A DNA stretch of 64,000 nucleotides from an uncultured virus (IMG/VR IMGVR_UViG_3300032309_003726) (IMGVR_UViG_3300032309_003726); one strand, 5' to 3'. Positions 47,002-56,754 are shown, numbered from the stretch's first letter. Notes: generated by a model from the sequence alone, not told the origin. Made by a program: numbers and translations.

Positions 47002-48579
47002 TCACTCTAAGGATGTTCTATTTATTTCTTCAACCCAATAATCTTCGCTTTTAGATTGAGAAACAAAAGAAGCGATAACGTCAAACACCTGATCCGAGAA
47101 TCCTCCGACTTGAAGAACATCTTTTTTGGTGCAAATTTGAGAGTTATCTCTGGGGGTAAGGTCGCAACAAATTAATTTGGCGTGGTTGTTACGCTTCTTA
47201 AAAATATCCCACTCATAAGACAAACCAGTGGGGTTATAACCGTAAATAGCCGAGGTGGAATCGATCCAAGATTCGTAATCCGACACATATAAAATCCAAT
47301 CGGCATTTTTATAGTCTGTATTAAAACGATGCATCGGTGCCGATATGTTGGTGCCACCACCAGCAAGATTTAATTTTTGTGTGTTTTTTAGCACATTATC
47401 TTTTGGGTTCAACTCAACCATATTGGCGTTATCAGAGAAGGTCCAAATCTCAACTGATTTATTTTTTCGATATACGGCTGATGCCATCAACCCAGCAACA
47501 TCGCTGCAAGAAACACTTGAACTAACTCTGCGGTGTCCAAAACCAGTTATTGGGGAACCCATGGATCCGGAACAATCGATACAAACCAAACCCTTGCCCG
47601 GAATTTCTGGAACATTGCTAATTGCAATTTCCATTGCGGACTCCAGTGCCGATTTGATCATTTGTGGAATATTCTGATCGTCCATTTGTCTCCAAGCGGC
47701 AAACAATTGGTATGGGAAAGCACGAGATTTTTTGATTAATTGGTCGTCTTTCAATTTGTTTGCCACAATCCTAACAACGTCTTCATTATTGAAAACGCCG
47801 TGTCTGGCAAAAGTCGAAAGATTCATCCTTGTCATCTGCCATGGGGACTGGGTGGCAATTGCCTCCCACTCTTTTTGACCAAGGTTCAAAGAATCCAAAA
47901 ACCTAAAATCAACATCGGGAATATTTTTTGTTTTCCCCGACTTGAAATCTTGAAGTTTTTTAATTTGATCCGGGAGTTTTTCAATATCGAATTCTTTCCC
48001 TGACAGGTAAGCAAACAAGGATTGTTTTTCAATCGAATTTGGTCTTGGATGCGACATTCTTAAAATGTCGTGCATGGTCGGATTGTTGCCTATAGAAGCT
48101 TTAAAAATACTGAGGGAGTTTTGAGTATTAAACCACTCTTGTATGGCGTGTCTCCAACTTCCTGCCGACACATTAATTTTTTTTCCGGTTACAGCCCCAC
48201 TCCGTGCCATTTGAATAACATTTCGAAGCATTTTTCCATTGTCAACCACACGACGAAAAACCTTGCGAAACAAAGGCTTGCTGATGTCCGAGAGCAACAC
48301 TGTCAAGAAGCAAGGCATGTCTTTCATGTAGGACTTATCACGAGAATAAATTGCTACTTTTGCAATAAATTCTGGGTCGTTTTTTAAACGCAGGGCGGCT
48401 TCTTTAGCTAAATTAAAATTTTGCTCTGCGGTTGCATAAAAGGTTCCATTAAACGTGTTTGTGGCAGCAACTTGAGCCAAACAATGCCTTGGATCAAAAT
48501 CGCAAGCATCGCCGCCAGCGTTATTTTTTCTGTTCGCAGAAAATTTGGTTTTAGTCGAAAAAATATTATTGTTGGACAT
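47002..48579 (-). CDS. rsr: Ro60/TROVE domain RNA-binding protein with vWA domain
   Basis: N.AGG.A, TFY, KDMP, DNGKMLRN, RMNL.TF.RHG, SR.FPYQ, MIDAS DCSGSM, GGGT, VSDYESW, VGGFSD. Confidence 0.93.
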   Translation of the reverse strand: MSNNNIFSTKTKFSANRKNNAGGDACDFDPRHCLAQVAATNTFNGTFYATAEQNFNLAKEAALRLKNDPEFIAKVAIYSRDKSYMKDMPCFLTVLLSDISKPLFRKVFRRVVDNGKMLRNVIQMARSGAVTGKKINVSAGSWRHAIQEWFNTQNSLSIFKASIGNNPTMHDILRMSHPRPNSIEKQSLFAYLSGKEFDIEKLPDQIKKLQDFKSGKTKNIPDVDFRFLDSLNLGQKEWEAIATQSPWQMTRMNLSTFARHGVFNNEDVVRIVANKLKDDQLIKKSRAFPYQLFAAWRQMDDQNIPQMIKSALESAMEIAISNVPEIPGKGLVCIDCSGSMGSPITGFGHRRVSSSVSCSDVAGLMASAVYRKNKSVEIWTFSDNANMVELNPKDNVLKNTQKLNLAGGGTNISAPMHRFNTDYKNADWILYVSDYESWIDSTSAIYGYNPTGLSYEWDIFKKRNNHAKLICCDLTPRDNSQICTKKDVLQVGGFSDQVFDVIASFVSQSKSEDYWVEEINRTSLE

Positions 48580-48612
48580 TTACTTTTGTCTCTAAAGTTA
48601 TTGGCATTTGGC

Positions 48613-48639
48613 ATTATACAATTTTTTTTAAAATGTCAA
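48613..48639 (-). promoter_or_regulatory. sigma70-type promoter TTGACA-N15-TATAAT upstream of the Ro60 gene
   Basis: Both hexamers are perfect consensus; the spacer is short. Confidence 0.55.
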
Positions 48640-48641
48640 TA

Positions 48642-48905
48642 TTAATTATCTTTTTGTTGTTCAAAACACTCGAAACCGGCTTGGTGTTCCCAAGTTAACA
48701 AACCAGATCTTGGAGAATTTGGATTTGAACAAACCCCCCAATCAAAATTGAAAGGCTCTTGAAGGGCTACAAAATATTTGCAACCACAAGAACAATCTGG
48801 GTAGTTCTTATCATTGTGTTTCCATCTTTTAATTTCTCCGCCATATTCTTGGTAGTCAGATGGGAGTATCTTTAAACATTTAAACAAATCACTTGAAATA
48901 CTCAT
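48642..48905 (-). CDS. DUF3027-like Cys-rich protein (start revised)
   Basis: DCSCGCKYF..L....DWGVCSNP.SPR.GLLTWEH..G..CF. Confidence 0.7.
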   Translation of the reverse strand: MSISSDLFKCLKILPSDYQEYGGEIKRWKHNDKNYPDCSCGCKYFVALQEPFNFDWGVCSNPNSPRSGLLTWEHQAGFECFEQQKDN

Positions 48906-48928
48906 TTTTGCAACATGCCCCTTGATGC

Positions 48929-49822
48929 TCAAAAACAATCGAAAGAAACGCCGATCCGCTCACACTGCCGATGCATTTTTTCCAAAGCCCTTGTTTCAAT
49001 TTGACGAATTCTTTCTTTAGAAAGCCCAAACTCCGAGGCTATATCGATTAGTTTTTTAGAATCAAAAAATCGTCTTTTTATAACTTTTTTTTCTCTTTCG
49101 TTACAAAGATTCAACAATTTTTTAATAACTAAGAGCCTGTCTGTTTGTTCAAAAACTGCTTCAAAATCATGATCAAAAACGGCCGTTTGGGTGCCGGATT
49201 CATTCAAACAAGTAGAATTTCGTTCTTCAAAGTTGCGCCAAGATTTTAAAGATCTATAAAGATTTCTTTTTAGAACCCAAGTTGCGTAAGTAGAAAACTT
49301 AAAGCCCCTATTGGGATCAAAATAATCAACAGACTTCAGGATCAGGTCACAGCCTTCCGAAAACAAATCGTCAAGCCTGTGGTGTTCTCCCATCTTCTTA
49401 ACAACAGGAACACACAATCTCAGGTTTGCTGCGGCTATAGTATTTCTAACATCATCAGCCAAAGCAAGATCTCTAAGAGATTTTGTGATCTCTTTTTTGT
49501 GTAATCTTTTTTTTGCTCTGTATTTGTAGAAATTGTATTTTTTAAACAAATGAGTTTCTTGTTCCTTGGTCAACAAGGGACTTTCATAAAAAATTCGAGA
49601 TTGAAAATTGTTACCGCTAAAACAATATTTTGATCTTATTGATCTTAATTCCTCTAAAAAGATTGAATAATTTGGCATGGGTCCAAGAATTTTTTTGACT
49701 TCTGATGGTTTTTCAAAGTCTTCGTGAAAAAATATTCTTTTTAGACGCTGTTCGGCGTCAGCCAAAACAGCATCTTTTTGATTTTTCTTTAATTTATTGA
49801 ATTTTAGAGTTGCGGAAACCAT
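48929..49822 (-). CDS. RNA polymerase sigma-70 family factor
   Basis: LLTKEQE.HLF, ANLRL, FDPNRGFKFSTYATW, LSKERIRQIETRALEK. Confidence 0.92.
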   Translation of the reverse strand: MVSATLKFNKLKKNQKDAVLADAEQRLKRIFFHEDFEKPSEVKKILGPMPNYSIFLEELRSIRSKYCFSGNNFQSRIFYESPLLTKEQETHLFKKYNFYKYRAKKRLHKKEITKSLRDLALADDVRNTIAAANLRLCVPVVKKMGEHHRLDDLFSEGCDLILKSVDYFDPNRGFKFSTYATWVLKRNLYRSLKSWRNFEERNSTCLNESGTQTAVFDHDFEAVFEQTDRLLVIKKLLNLCNEREKKVIKRRFFDSKKLIDIASEFGLSKERIRQIETRALEKMHRQCERIGVSFDCF

Positions 49823-49921
49823 AAAACTTCCTTGAAAAATGAGTCTTAGGGCATTCTACAACTAAAAAACAATTGGTAAAGAAAAAATTTTCCCAAAATA
49901 ATAACTATACTTGGAGAAAAA

Positions 49922-50362
49922 ATGAACAACAACGTTCAATGGGAAGCCTCTGATCCGATAACGATTTTATCTAGCGAATTAAACAATTTTGCATCAGGGC
50001 AAACCGTTTTAAGTTTAGAAATAGACAATAGTTTGGGTTTGTATTTGTTCAATGATATTGAATTGTCACTGAACAATTTAAACACACAACCAATTGAAGG
50101 CGCAAACGTAGAACTTTATTTAATTCAATCAATAGATGGGATTAATTATGAAAGCGGAGTCTCAGACGGTTTAGATGTTTCAACAAATAATTTAATAGGA
50201 ATTTTTAGTTTTAAACAGTCGGTTATTGCCCAAAGGTATAGTTTGAGAAAATTTATAGTTCCTCCTAGGAAATACAAATATGCAATAAAAAATAAAACTG
50301 GGGTTGATTGGGCAAATAGTGGGAATACGCTTAAAATATTAGGATATAGATATAAAAATTAA
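49922..50362 (+). CDS. putative virion protein (paralog of the next gene's N-terminus)
   Basis: EIDNS.GLYLFND.EL...VELYL..SI...NYE...PP.KYKY..NKTG...NTLKI..YRYK. Confidence 0.6.
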   Translation: MNNNVQWEASDPITILSSELNNFASGQTVLSLEIDNSLGLYLFNDIELSLNNLNTQPIEGANVELYLIQSIDGINYESGVSDGLDVSTNNLIGIFSFKQSVIAQRYSLRKFIVPPRKYKYAIKNKTGVDWANSGNTLKILGYRYKN

Positions 50363-50371
50363 GGATAAAAA

Positions 50372-51220
50372 ATGGCTTCAATTTTGTGGGATTCAGCAGA
50401 TGTTTCTACGGTGATAAGCACAGAGATGAACTCACTTCAACCAGAACTCCGGTGTGTTAGCCAAGAAATAAACAACTCGTCGGGTTTGTACTTGTTTAAT
50501 GATGTAGAGTTATTTTTAAACACAAATGATCAAACTCCCCAATACGGATCTGTTGTTGAGTTGTACTTGTTATCTGCAATAAACAATACCAATTTTGAAG
50601 ATGGAAGCGTTTCAATAAACCCTTCGCCTTCATCTTTGGTTGGAGTTTTTAACATAATGCCATCATCTAGTTCTCAAAGACAAACATTAAAGCAAATAAC
50701 CATTCCTCCCTGCAAATATAAGTACTTATTAATAAATAAAACTGGGGCCGCTATGCCGCCCAATAACAACACTCTTAAAATAGTTCCATATAGATATAAA
50801 ACAATACAATCAAGATCTGATAATCTTTATTCTAAACAATATATTCTTCAAAGAACAACAACAAATTCCACTCAATCTTTGTTAACTTTAGATGGCAACC
50901 AGCCAAGCAATCTGAATATTTTACAAATTTCTACTAAAAACACCTGGACGATCAAGGCGCAAATTAGTTTATATAACAACACCGATAACGAATCCGCTGG
51001 CTTTATCGTAAAAGGCGTCTTTAAAAGGAACAACTCTGGCGTTATCAGTAGGGTTGGAAATTTATCTATAGAAAGTTGGTATGACACCAGCTTAGAAAAT
51101 GCAACTGTTGATATTATAGCAAACAATTCAACCAATTCGGTGGATGTTGCGGTTAACGGCGTTTCTGGCAAACAAATAAAATGGATTTGTGTTATAGATT
51201 CAACCCAATCTAGTTTTTAA
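50372..51220 (+). CDS. putative virion/tail-associated protein
   Basis: N-terminal paralog of 49922-50362 plus a beta-rich C-terminal domain ending IKW. Confidence 0.6.
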   Translation: MASILWDSADVSTVISTEMNSLQPELRCVSQEINNSSGLYLFNDVELFLNTNDQTPQYGSVVELYLLSAINNTNFEDGSVSINPSPSSLVGVFNIMPSSSSQRQTLKQITIPPCKYKYLLINKTGAAMPPNNNTLKIVPYRYKTIQSRSDNLYSKQYILQRTTTNSTQSLLTLDGNQPSNLNILQISTKNTWTIKAQISLYNNTDNESAGFIVKGVFKRNNSGVISRVGNLSIESWYDTSLENATVDIIANNSTNSVDVAVNGVSGKQIKWICVIDSTQSSF

Positions 51221-51797
51221 GCAAATCTGTTAGCCATTTTGAATTAGAGGTTAAAAATACACTCTTTATTCTGTAGAACCACAGATCAGAATACTGGCTT
51301 TTTGTTGACTTCAATATATTCTGCAAATGATTAAAGTGATGTTTTTTATCCTTTAGTGATCTTGTTGATTGAAGAACACAAAATTGCTGCCGAAAATCAA
51401 AATTATAAGTTTTAGACAGATCGTTACCAGCTAGATCTAAAAATATCTTCCAGGCATCGAAAATTTGTTGAGAATAAGATCCGCAATAAAAATTTTCTTG
51501 TTTAATTGTTTTGCAAAAATCTAATAAATTATCTTCATACTCTTCATAATACCAAATATCCGACAACAAACTGTGGAATAATTTTGTTGTTTCTAATCCA
51601 TTTTTAATAATTGGTTCGTAATAATTTATATCATAAAAACCTGGGCGGTAATCTTGATTTCTCCAGGTTATGGATAAAATCCGATAAATATCATTTTTTT
51701 TATTTTTTAGGACAACACAAGACTTTTTTTTAAAACAAACTACAGGAACTTTTATTTTATTTCTTAAAATATATTCTTTAATTATAGAAGTTTTCAT
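51210..51797 (-). CDS. hypothetical protein
   Basis: 195-aa ORF. Confidence 0.55.
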   Translation of the reverse strand: MKTSIIKEYILRNKIKVPVVCFKKKSCVVLKNKKNDIYRILSITWRNQDYRPGFYDINYYEPIIKNGLETTKLFHSLLSDIWYYEEYEDNLLDFCKTIKQENFYCGSYSQQIFDAWKIFLDLAGNDLSKTYNFDFRQQFCVLQSTRSLKDKKHHFNHLQNILKSTKSQYSDLWFYRIKSVFLTSNSKWLTDLLKN

Positions 51798-52030
51798 GTG
51801 TTATCTTTTTCAATTGTTTTTATATTTTTTGAAAAATCACCTTGCAATAAATCATTGGTGTGAACCCATCGTCTTTTTTTGTTGTCCCAAACAACAGGAA
51901 ATTTTTTTGGCATATCTTCTAATATGTCAAAAAGATCTCCATTTGTCAAAGATTTATCCAAAGATCTGTAAAAGATGAGAGATCCGAATTGATCATATCG
52001 TTTTTTTAAAGCTAATTGTGTTTCGTCCAT
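51794..52030 (-). CDS. hypothetical protein
   Basis: 78-aa ORF overlapping the next start. Confidence 0.55.
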   Translation of the reverse strand: MDETQLALKKRYDQFGSLIFYRSLDKSLTNGDLFDILEDMPKKFPVVWDNKKRRWVHTNDLLQGDFSKNIKTIEKDNT

Positions 52031-52044
52031 AGTATATAATAATT

Positions 52045-52260
52045 ATGAGATTTAAGAAATTTATTGATTTTCAGGAAGAACAAAGTGCGTCTGATAAAGG
52101 GCTGATGGGTTTTCCTGTATCTTTATTTGCCCGAAGGCCGTCTGATGGTTTGCCTTTTAAAAATTTAAGATCTGTAGGCGGTTCTACCCCGAGATCCTCA
52201 TCTGGAAATTCAAATCCAACAAATGCTTCCATGATGAAAAAATCCATGAAAAAGAACTAA
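52045..52260 (+). CDS. small protein with capsid-targeting-like N-terminus
   Basis: MRFKKFIDFQEE; GTATATA box 6 nt upstream. Confidence 0.6.
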   Translation: MRFKKFIDFQEEQSASDKGLMGFPVSLFARRPSDGLPFKNLRSVGGSTPRSSSGNSNPTNASMMKKSMKKN

Positions 52261-53180
52261 TTATCTTTAGAATTAATTTGCAAATAATAATTTGGAGTTT
52301 TTCCTAATTTTACATCATTTGATAAATCTTTTAAGTATCTTTGAAAAGATTTATCAAAGTGTTCTACACTATCAAATTTTAAAACATTTTTAACAGCATA
52401 TTCAAAATTTTCTTTTGAAGATTCTTGAATAAAATTTAAAAATATATCTTCTCCAAATTCTTTTCTGACCATGAGGCAGAGATACATGGAGTAGCAGTCG
52501 AATGTTTTTTTATCTTCGTCTTTTAATTGTTTATATTTTTCATTATCGAAATCAACTAAATCTTTGACAGTTAGAGGGTTATTATTTTTGTAATCCTCTA
52601 ATTTGTTTAAATTTTCTCTAATTTTTATAAGAGAATCATTTAAATGAGAAAAACCCTTGTAAATCCAAGTTTTAAAATCAACTCGAAATTTTTGAGAAAA
52701 TTCTGCCAAGCAAATTTGGGTTAAGGGAACTGGTACTGTCTGGGAGGGGGTTCCATCTATCAACAAAAAAATAACGGTCTCGGTTATTTTTTTGTTTTCA
52801 TCCCGACGAATTTCAACTTTTGTATTTTCTATATTAAATAACTTTTTAAACAATTCTTTGTCTTCAACACATATCAATTTACATGTTGTTGAAAAGTCTA
52901 TGTCTTTCATGCCCCAACGTAAAAACATCCAAGATTTAACAAGTTCTAAGTGTTTGTGTAAATATTGAGCTTGAGAGTCGTTCAGGCTGCACACTACAAA
53001 GTTTTTACTAGTCCACCTGTTCCAAACGAGATTTTCCAATTCTTTGGGAACGCCACGATATTTTGAAACTTCCACGGAAACTTCATTTGGTCTCGATACC
53101 CTAGTAATTTTTTCATCTGCCAAAGAGTTGGCCGTAAATAAAAAAGCTAACATAACAAACAAAAAATTTTTTAAAATCAT
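52257..53180 (-). CDS. secreted hypothetical protein
   Basis: Signal peptide (ANSLA-DE), 307 aa. Confidence 0.6.
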   Translation of the reverse strand: MILKNFLFVMLAFLFTANSLADEKITRVSRPNEVSVEVSKYRGVPKELENLVWNRWTSKNFVVCSLNDSQAQYLHKHLELVKSWMFLRWGMKDIDFSTTCKLICVEDKELFKKLFNIENTKVEIRRDENKKITETVIFLLIDGTPSQTVPVPLTQICLAEFSQKFRVDFKTWIYKGFSHLNDSLIKIRENLNKLEDYKNNNPLTVKDLVDFDNEKYKQLKDEDKKTFDCYSMYLCLMVRKEFGEDIFLNFIQESSKENFEYAVKNVLKFDSVEHFDKSFQRYLKDLSNDVKLGKTPNYYLQINSKDN

Positions 53181-53229
53181 TTAAACACCAAAAATTGTGA
53201 ATTTTAATTATCCAATTATAGTATAGTCT

Positions 53230-53463
53230 TTATTTTGGATTTTTAACTCCATCCCAATTTTGAGAATTTTTAACTCCATCCCAATTTTGTCTGTCATTCG
53301 GTTCAAAATTTTTATTATTTATTTTTGTTTGATTAAAATTATTATCTCTAAAATAAGAAATAATTTTTGATAAAGAACCAGCTATGGCTATTAAAAAAAG
53401 TAAATTTAAAAAAGATAAAAAAAGACAAATATAGTTGATCATAATACATCCATCATTCGACAA
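53230..53463 (-). CDS. small membrane protein with tandem QNWDGVKN repeat
   Basis: TM helix; 24-bp direct repeat at 53239 and 53266. Confidence 0.55.
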   Translation of the reverse strand: MSNDGCIMINYICLFLSFLNLLFLIAIAGSLSKIISYFRDNNFNQTKINNKNFEPNDRQNWDGVKNSQNWDGVKNPK

Positions 53464-56400
53464 GGGTTGAAGTTGGCATCCTGACTCTTTTTCTAATGGT
53501 TTCTGCCAATGATTGAGTGACCTTTAAAATTAAATCGGGAGATTCTACCCAGGCTCTGTTCTTAAAAATTCCAATATTATCATAGATTGTATTTTGATAA
53601 ATTGTAGCGGAGGGATTTGAAACAGCGAAATCGCTTTGAGTATCATAATTTATTTCGAATTCAAGCCTGTTAGCTGATGTTAAACAATAGTTGTCTGGCA
53701 AAACAGCGATCACAACCCTAGTTTCATAGCTGTCGCCCGTAAGTAAGTTGTTTCTAGAAAATTGAAGAGCAACTTTCCAGAGTCTGGATCCCAATATGGT
53801 TCCTCCGATATTATTAGAGCAAGAAATTTCGGAGACTACATTCCAGGATTCGGGGTAATTGCCTAGACCCGATATTCCTTTATAGTGTAAATTATTTTGC
53901 CAAGAATCATTGGTTTTATTGTACCTTAATTCTAAATTTTTAGAAATAGTAAAATTATTTCTCGTTAAAAATTTGGCAAAAACATTATCGATTGCAAAAT
54001 TATGAGTCAAAGTCATTGTGGAAGAAAGATCAAAACAACCACATTTGTTGAAAAAATCAACGTCACCCTCAGCGTCTTGTTTATCTATACCGGCAAAATA
54101 CACATCCATCTTTAATAAATTCATTGAGAAATCAAAAATCTGGTCTGGTACGCTAATGTTTCCTGATTTATTTGTGGCCTGTCCTATAACAAACACAGCA
54201 TTCCCGTCTGATATCCATTTCCAATTTTGCTTTTTTGATCTCGCTGATCCCAAAAGATTTATTCCGCCAGCAGCAAAATATTTAGAAATTTTTCTGGGTA
54301 CGAACGACTCTCCCGCAATATTTATACCGCCAACAACTTGATATCTAAATCTCTCAAACCTGGATGCCGATCCTCGTGTTTTCAATCCGCCACTCATCGA
54401 ATGCCACCAAGGTAAAACAAAAGCCTCTCCACCAAACTTCAAATTTATAATTGAATTTTCTAAATAAGGAGTTATTTTAGAAGAAGAAGACAACAAACAG
54501 CCTCCACTGGTGTTTGCAACAATGGTTTTGAGTGAGTCGCCACCTATTTTTGCACCAAAAGAAGAAACTTTAAAAACAGTTCGTTTTGTGTATCGAGCAT
54601 TAGCAGAGCCGTAAGAGTAAATTTTTCCTAAGGACTTAGATGTATAAGCTGGGGACTTAGCCAAAGCCCCGCTATCTGAAGAAACTCTTATGGTAGAACC
54701 ATTTGGATCTTCGTATTCAACTTCAACGTTTATTGAATTAATTCTAGCAATAGTTTGATTTATATTCAAAACAGATTGAACTCTAATAGCCACCCCAAAA
54801 GAAGAATTTTTTATTTCTTCGAGAGAAGGAACTGCTGGAATCTCTCCTGGTTGGTTATTAATATTCAAATTAATCAAAGAAGATTCGTCCACATACCTAT
54901 CAAAATCTTCTCTTCTCCAAGCATCTAATCCATAAGATTTTGTAGTTTGCAAGAGAGGCCAATCTATATTTGTCACTGCCAGATTGCTTGTTATTACTTT
55001 GTTGTTTATAACCAAAAACAAATCTTTGTCCCTAATGCCACTTTTTGTTGCAACTCTGTCAACGTTGACAATTAATTTTAAAACTTTGCTATTTTCTGGT
55101 ATGTTAAAAGAAAAATTTGTCAAAACTAAAAGTTCGGATGTCTTTTTAAAACTAATGTCGGAAGATGAGAAGAGGTTGTCTTCCGAGATTGCTCTTTCCG
55201 GCAAAAGCCAAGGAGACTGCGTTGGAGTATGTTTGAGGCTAGTTGATTTTTTTGCATAACTTTTTGGAGTTTTGTTTGGCCAAACGCCCCCATTATAAGA
55301 CCAACGATTGTGTCTAAGCCTAGACTTGCCGCCAACCACACAACCACCAAGACCTCTAAAGAAATTTGTTCCAATTATAAAATTGCCATCAAAAAACAAC
55401 TCCCCCTCAGACTTGAATTTAATATTAGGTAATTTTTTAACAAAAACATAACTAGATTCGCCTGATGTTTGCAAACTTCCTGATGCCGTGGATTGAAAAA
55501 CTACCCAAGCTTTAAAATAAAAGCCAGTTTTTAAATTAATGTCCTGATCGACGCAAAAATCTGCACACTCGGGAATCGAACATAACTCAACATCAACAAG
55601 ATTATTGCAATCTAAATTGACGCCATTTGATTCTTGTTCTTCAACAACAACAGTTTCCGCAGGTCTGTTGAATCTTTCAACCGTCTCTATTGGAAATTTA
55701 TATTTTCTTTTACTTAATTTTTGACACAACTCGGATAATGACCTTGCGTGCAAATTAACTATAATTTTGCCACAACAAACATCTTGTGGGATACAAGGAT
55801 CTACAATTCCCTTGCCAACAACACGATACCAATACATTATTTGTTGACCTAAATTCCAATAAAAATCAACTTTTTTCTCTAATTTAAGATCTGTGTTCCA
55901 TTTAAATTCTATATCTTTATTAAATTTAAAATTTATTAAAGTACCGTCTGATTTAAGAGATAAACCACCGTCTGAAACGAACAGCGTGTCATTTATAAAA
56001 TAGAAACCTGACCCCTCAACAGATAATGATCCGGATGGTGTGACAAAAAAATTATTGTTTACATTTAGTAAATTTTTACCCGATGGTTTCAATCCGCCGA
56101 CAACGGAACCTCTGGCCTCCTTCATTACTAAATTAAAATTAGAAGATGAAGAACAAACGGCACCCCCAAGAGAAACAAAACCTTCGGAAACAAAAAAATC
56201 ACCCGAGATGAGACACAATCCTTCGAAATTATTACGGTAACGAGCCCTAATCAAAGCCGTGCCTTGAAATAGTAAGCCACTACTTTCTACAAAGAATTCT
56301 GTGGACTGCGTGTTGTTGAAATTAACATATAATTTAACTCCACCAAGTGAAACACAATTATAAACAAAGAATGATGAAGAGAAAGGCGAAATTGTAATTC

Positions 56401-56752
56401 CACCAGTGGCGACAATGGCTTCAGTAGCGATTGCATCCCCTGATAATTTTATTTCAACAACGGTGATGATCACATTAATCAATGATACTGATCCGGAGCC
56501 ACCAATCCGTGTTGTGCCTTGCGAACCAATACTATAAATCAAAGACTCTGATCCGGAGCCGCCAATACGTGTTGTGCCTTGCGAACCAATACTATAAATC
56601 AAAGACTCTGATCCAGAGCCGCTATTATTCACGCCGCCATATGCGGTGATAGAGTAAATAGTGTTGCCCTCATAGGCGCTTTCAATAAGAACAACGTCCG
56701 CTTGACCACCTAAATTTATACCACCAAAAAATATTTCGTCGTAAGTGTTCAT
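53453..56752 (-). CDS. large Gly-rich putative virion protein, partly paralogous to 39169-41937
   Basis: Recurring GG...G motifs; shared L.L.NF...IPE...FGV domain. Confidence 0.65.
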   Translation of the reverse strand: MNTYDEIFFGGINLGGQADVVLIESAYEGNTIYSITAYGGVNNSGSGSESLIYSIGSQGTTRIGGSGSESLIYSIGSQGTTRIGGSGSVSLINVIITVVEIKLSGDAIATEAIVATGGITISPFSSSFFVYNCVSLGGVKLYVNFNNTQSTEFFVESSGLLFQGTALIRARYRNNFEGLCLISGDFFVSEGFVSLGGAVCSSSSNFNLVMKEARGSVVGGLKPSGKNLLNVNNNFFVTPSGSLSVEGSGFYFINDTLFVSDGGLSLKSDGTLINFKFNKDIEFKWNTDLKLEKKVDFYWNLGQQIMYWYRVVGKGIVDPCIPQDVCCGKIIVNLHARSLSELCQKLSKRKYKFPIETVERFNRPAETVVVEEQESNGVNLDCNNLVDVELCSIPECADFCVDQDINLKTGFYFKAWVVFQSTASGSLQTSGESSYVFVKKLPNIKFKSEGELFFDGNFIIGTNFFRGLGGCVVGGKSRLRHNRWSYNGGVWPNKTPKSYAKKSTSLKHTPTQSPWLLPERAISEDNLFSSSDISFKKTSELLVLTNFSFNIPENSKVLKLIVNVDRVATKSGIRDKDLFLVINNKVITSNLAVTNIDWPLLQTTKSYGLDAWRREDFDRYVDESSLINLNINNQPGEIPAVPSLEEIKNSSFGVAIRVQSVLNINQTIARINSINVEVEYEDPNGSTIRVSSDSGALAKSPAYTSKSLGKIYSYGSANARYTKRTVFKVSSFGAKIGGDSLKTIVANTSGGCLLSSSSKITPYLENSIINLKFGGEAFVLPWWHSMSGGLKTRGSASRFERFRYQVVGGINIAGESFVPRKISKYFAAGGINLLGSARSKKQNWKWISDGNAVFVIGQATNKSGNISVPDQIFDFSMNLLKMDVYFAGIDKQDAEGDVDFFNKCGCFDLSSTMTLTHNFAIDNVFAKFLTRNNFTISKNLELRYNKTNDSWQNNLHYKGISGLGNYPESWNVVSEISCSNNIGGTILGSRLWKVALQFSRNNLLTGDSYETRVVIAVLPDNYCLTSANRLEFEINYDTQSDFAVSNPSATIYQNTIYDNIGIFKNRAWVESPDLILKVTQSLAETIRKRVRMPTSTLVE
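56488..56622. repeat. in-frame 60-bp tandem repeat (~2.2 copies)
   Basis: Encodes GSGSESLIYSIGSQGTTRIG twice. Confidence 0.85.
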
Positions 56753-56754
56753 TT

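Noticed and set aside
53239..56622. Direct repeats at 53239-53289 and 56488-56622 as CRISPR or DGR repeats
   Set aside because: Periods of 27 and 60 nt are in-frame coding duplications; no reverse transcriptase or adenine-specific variation
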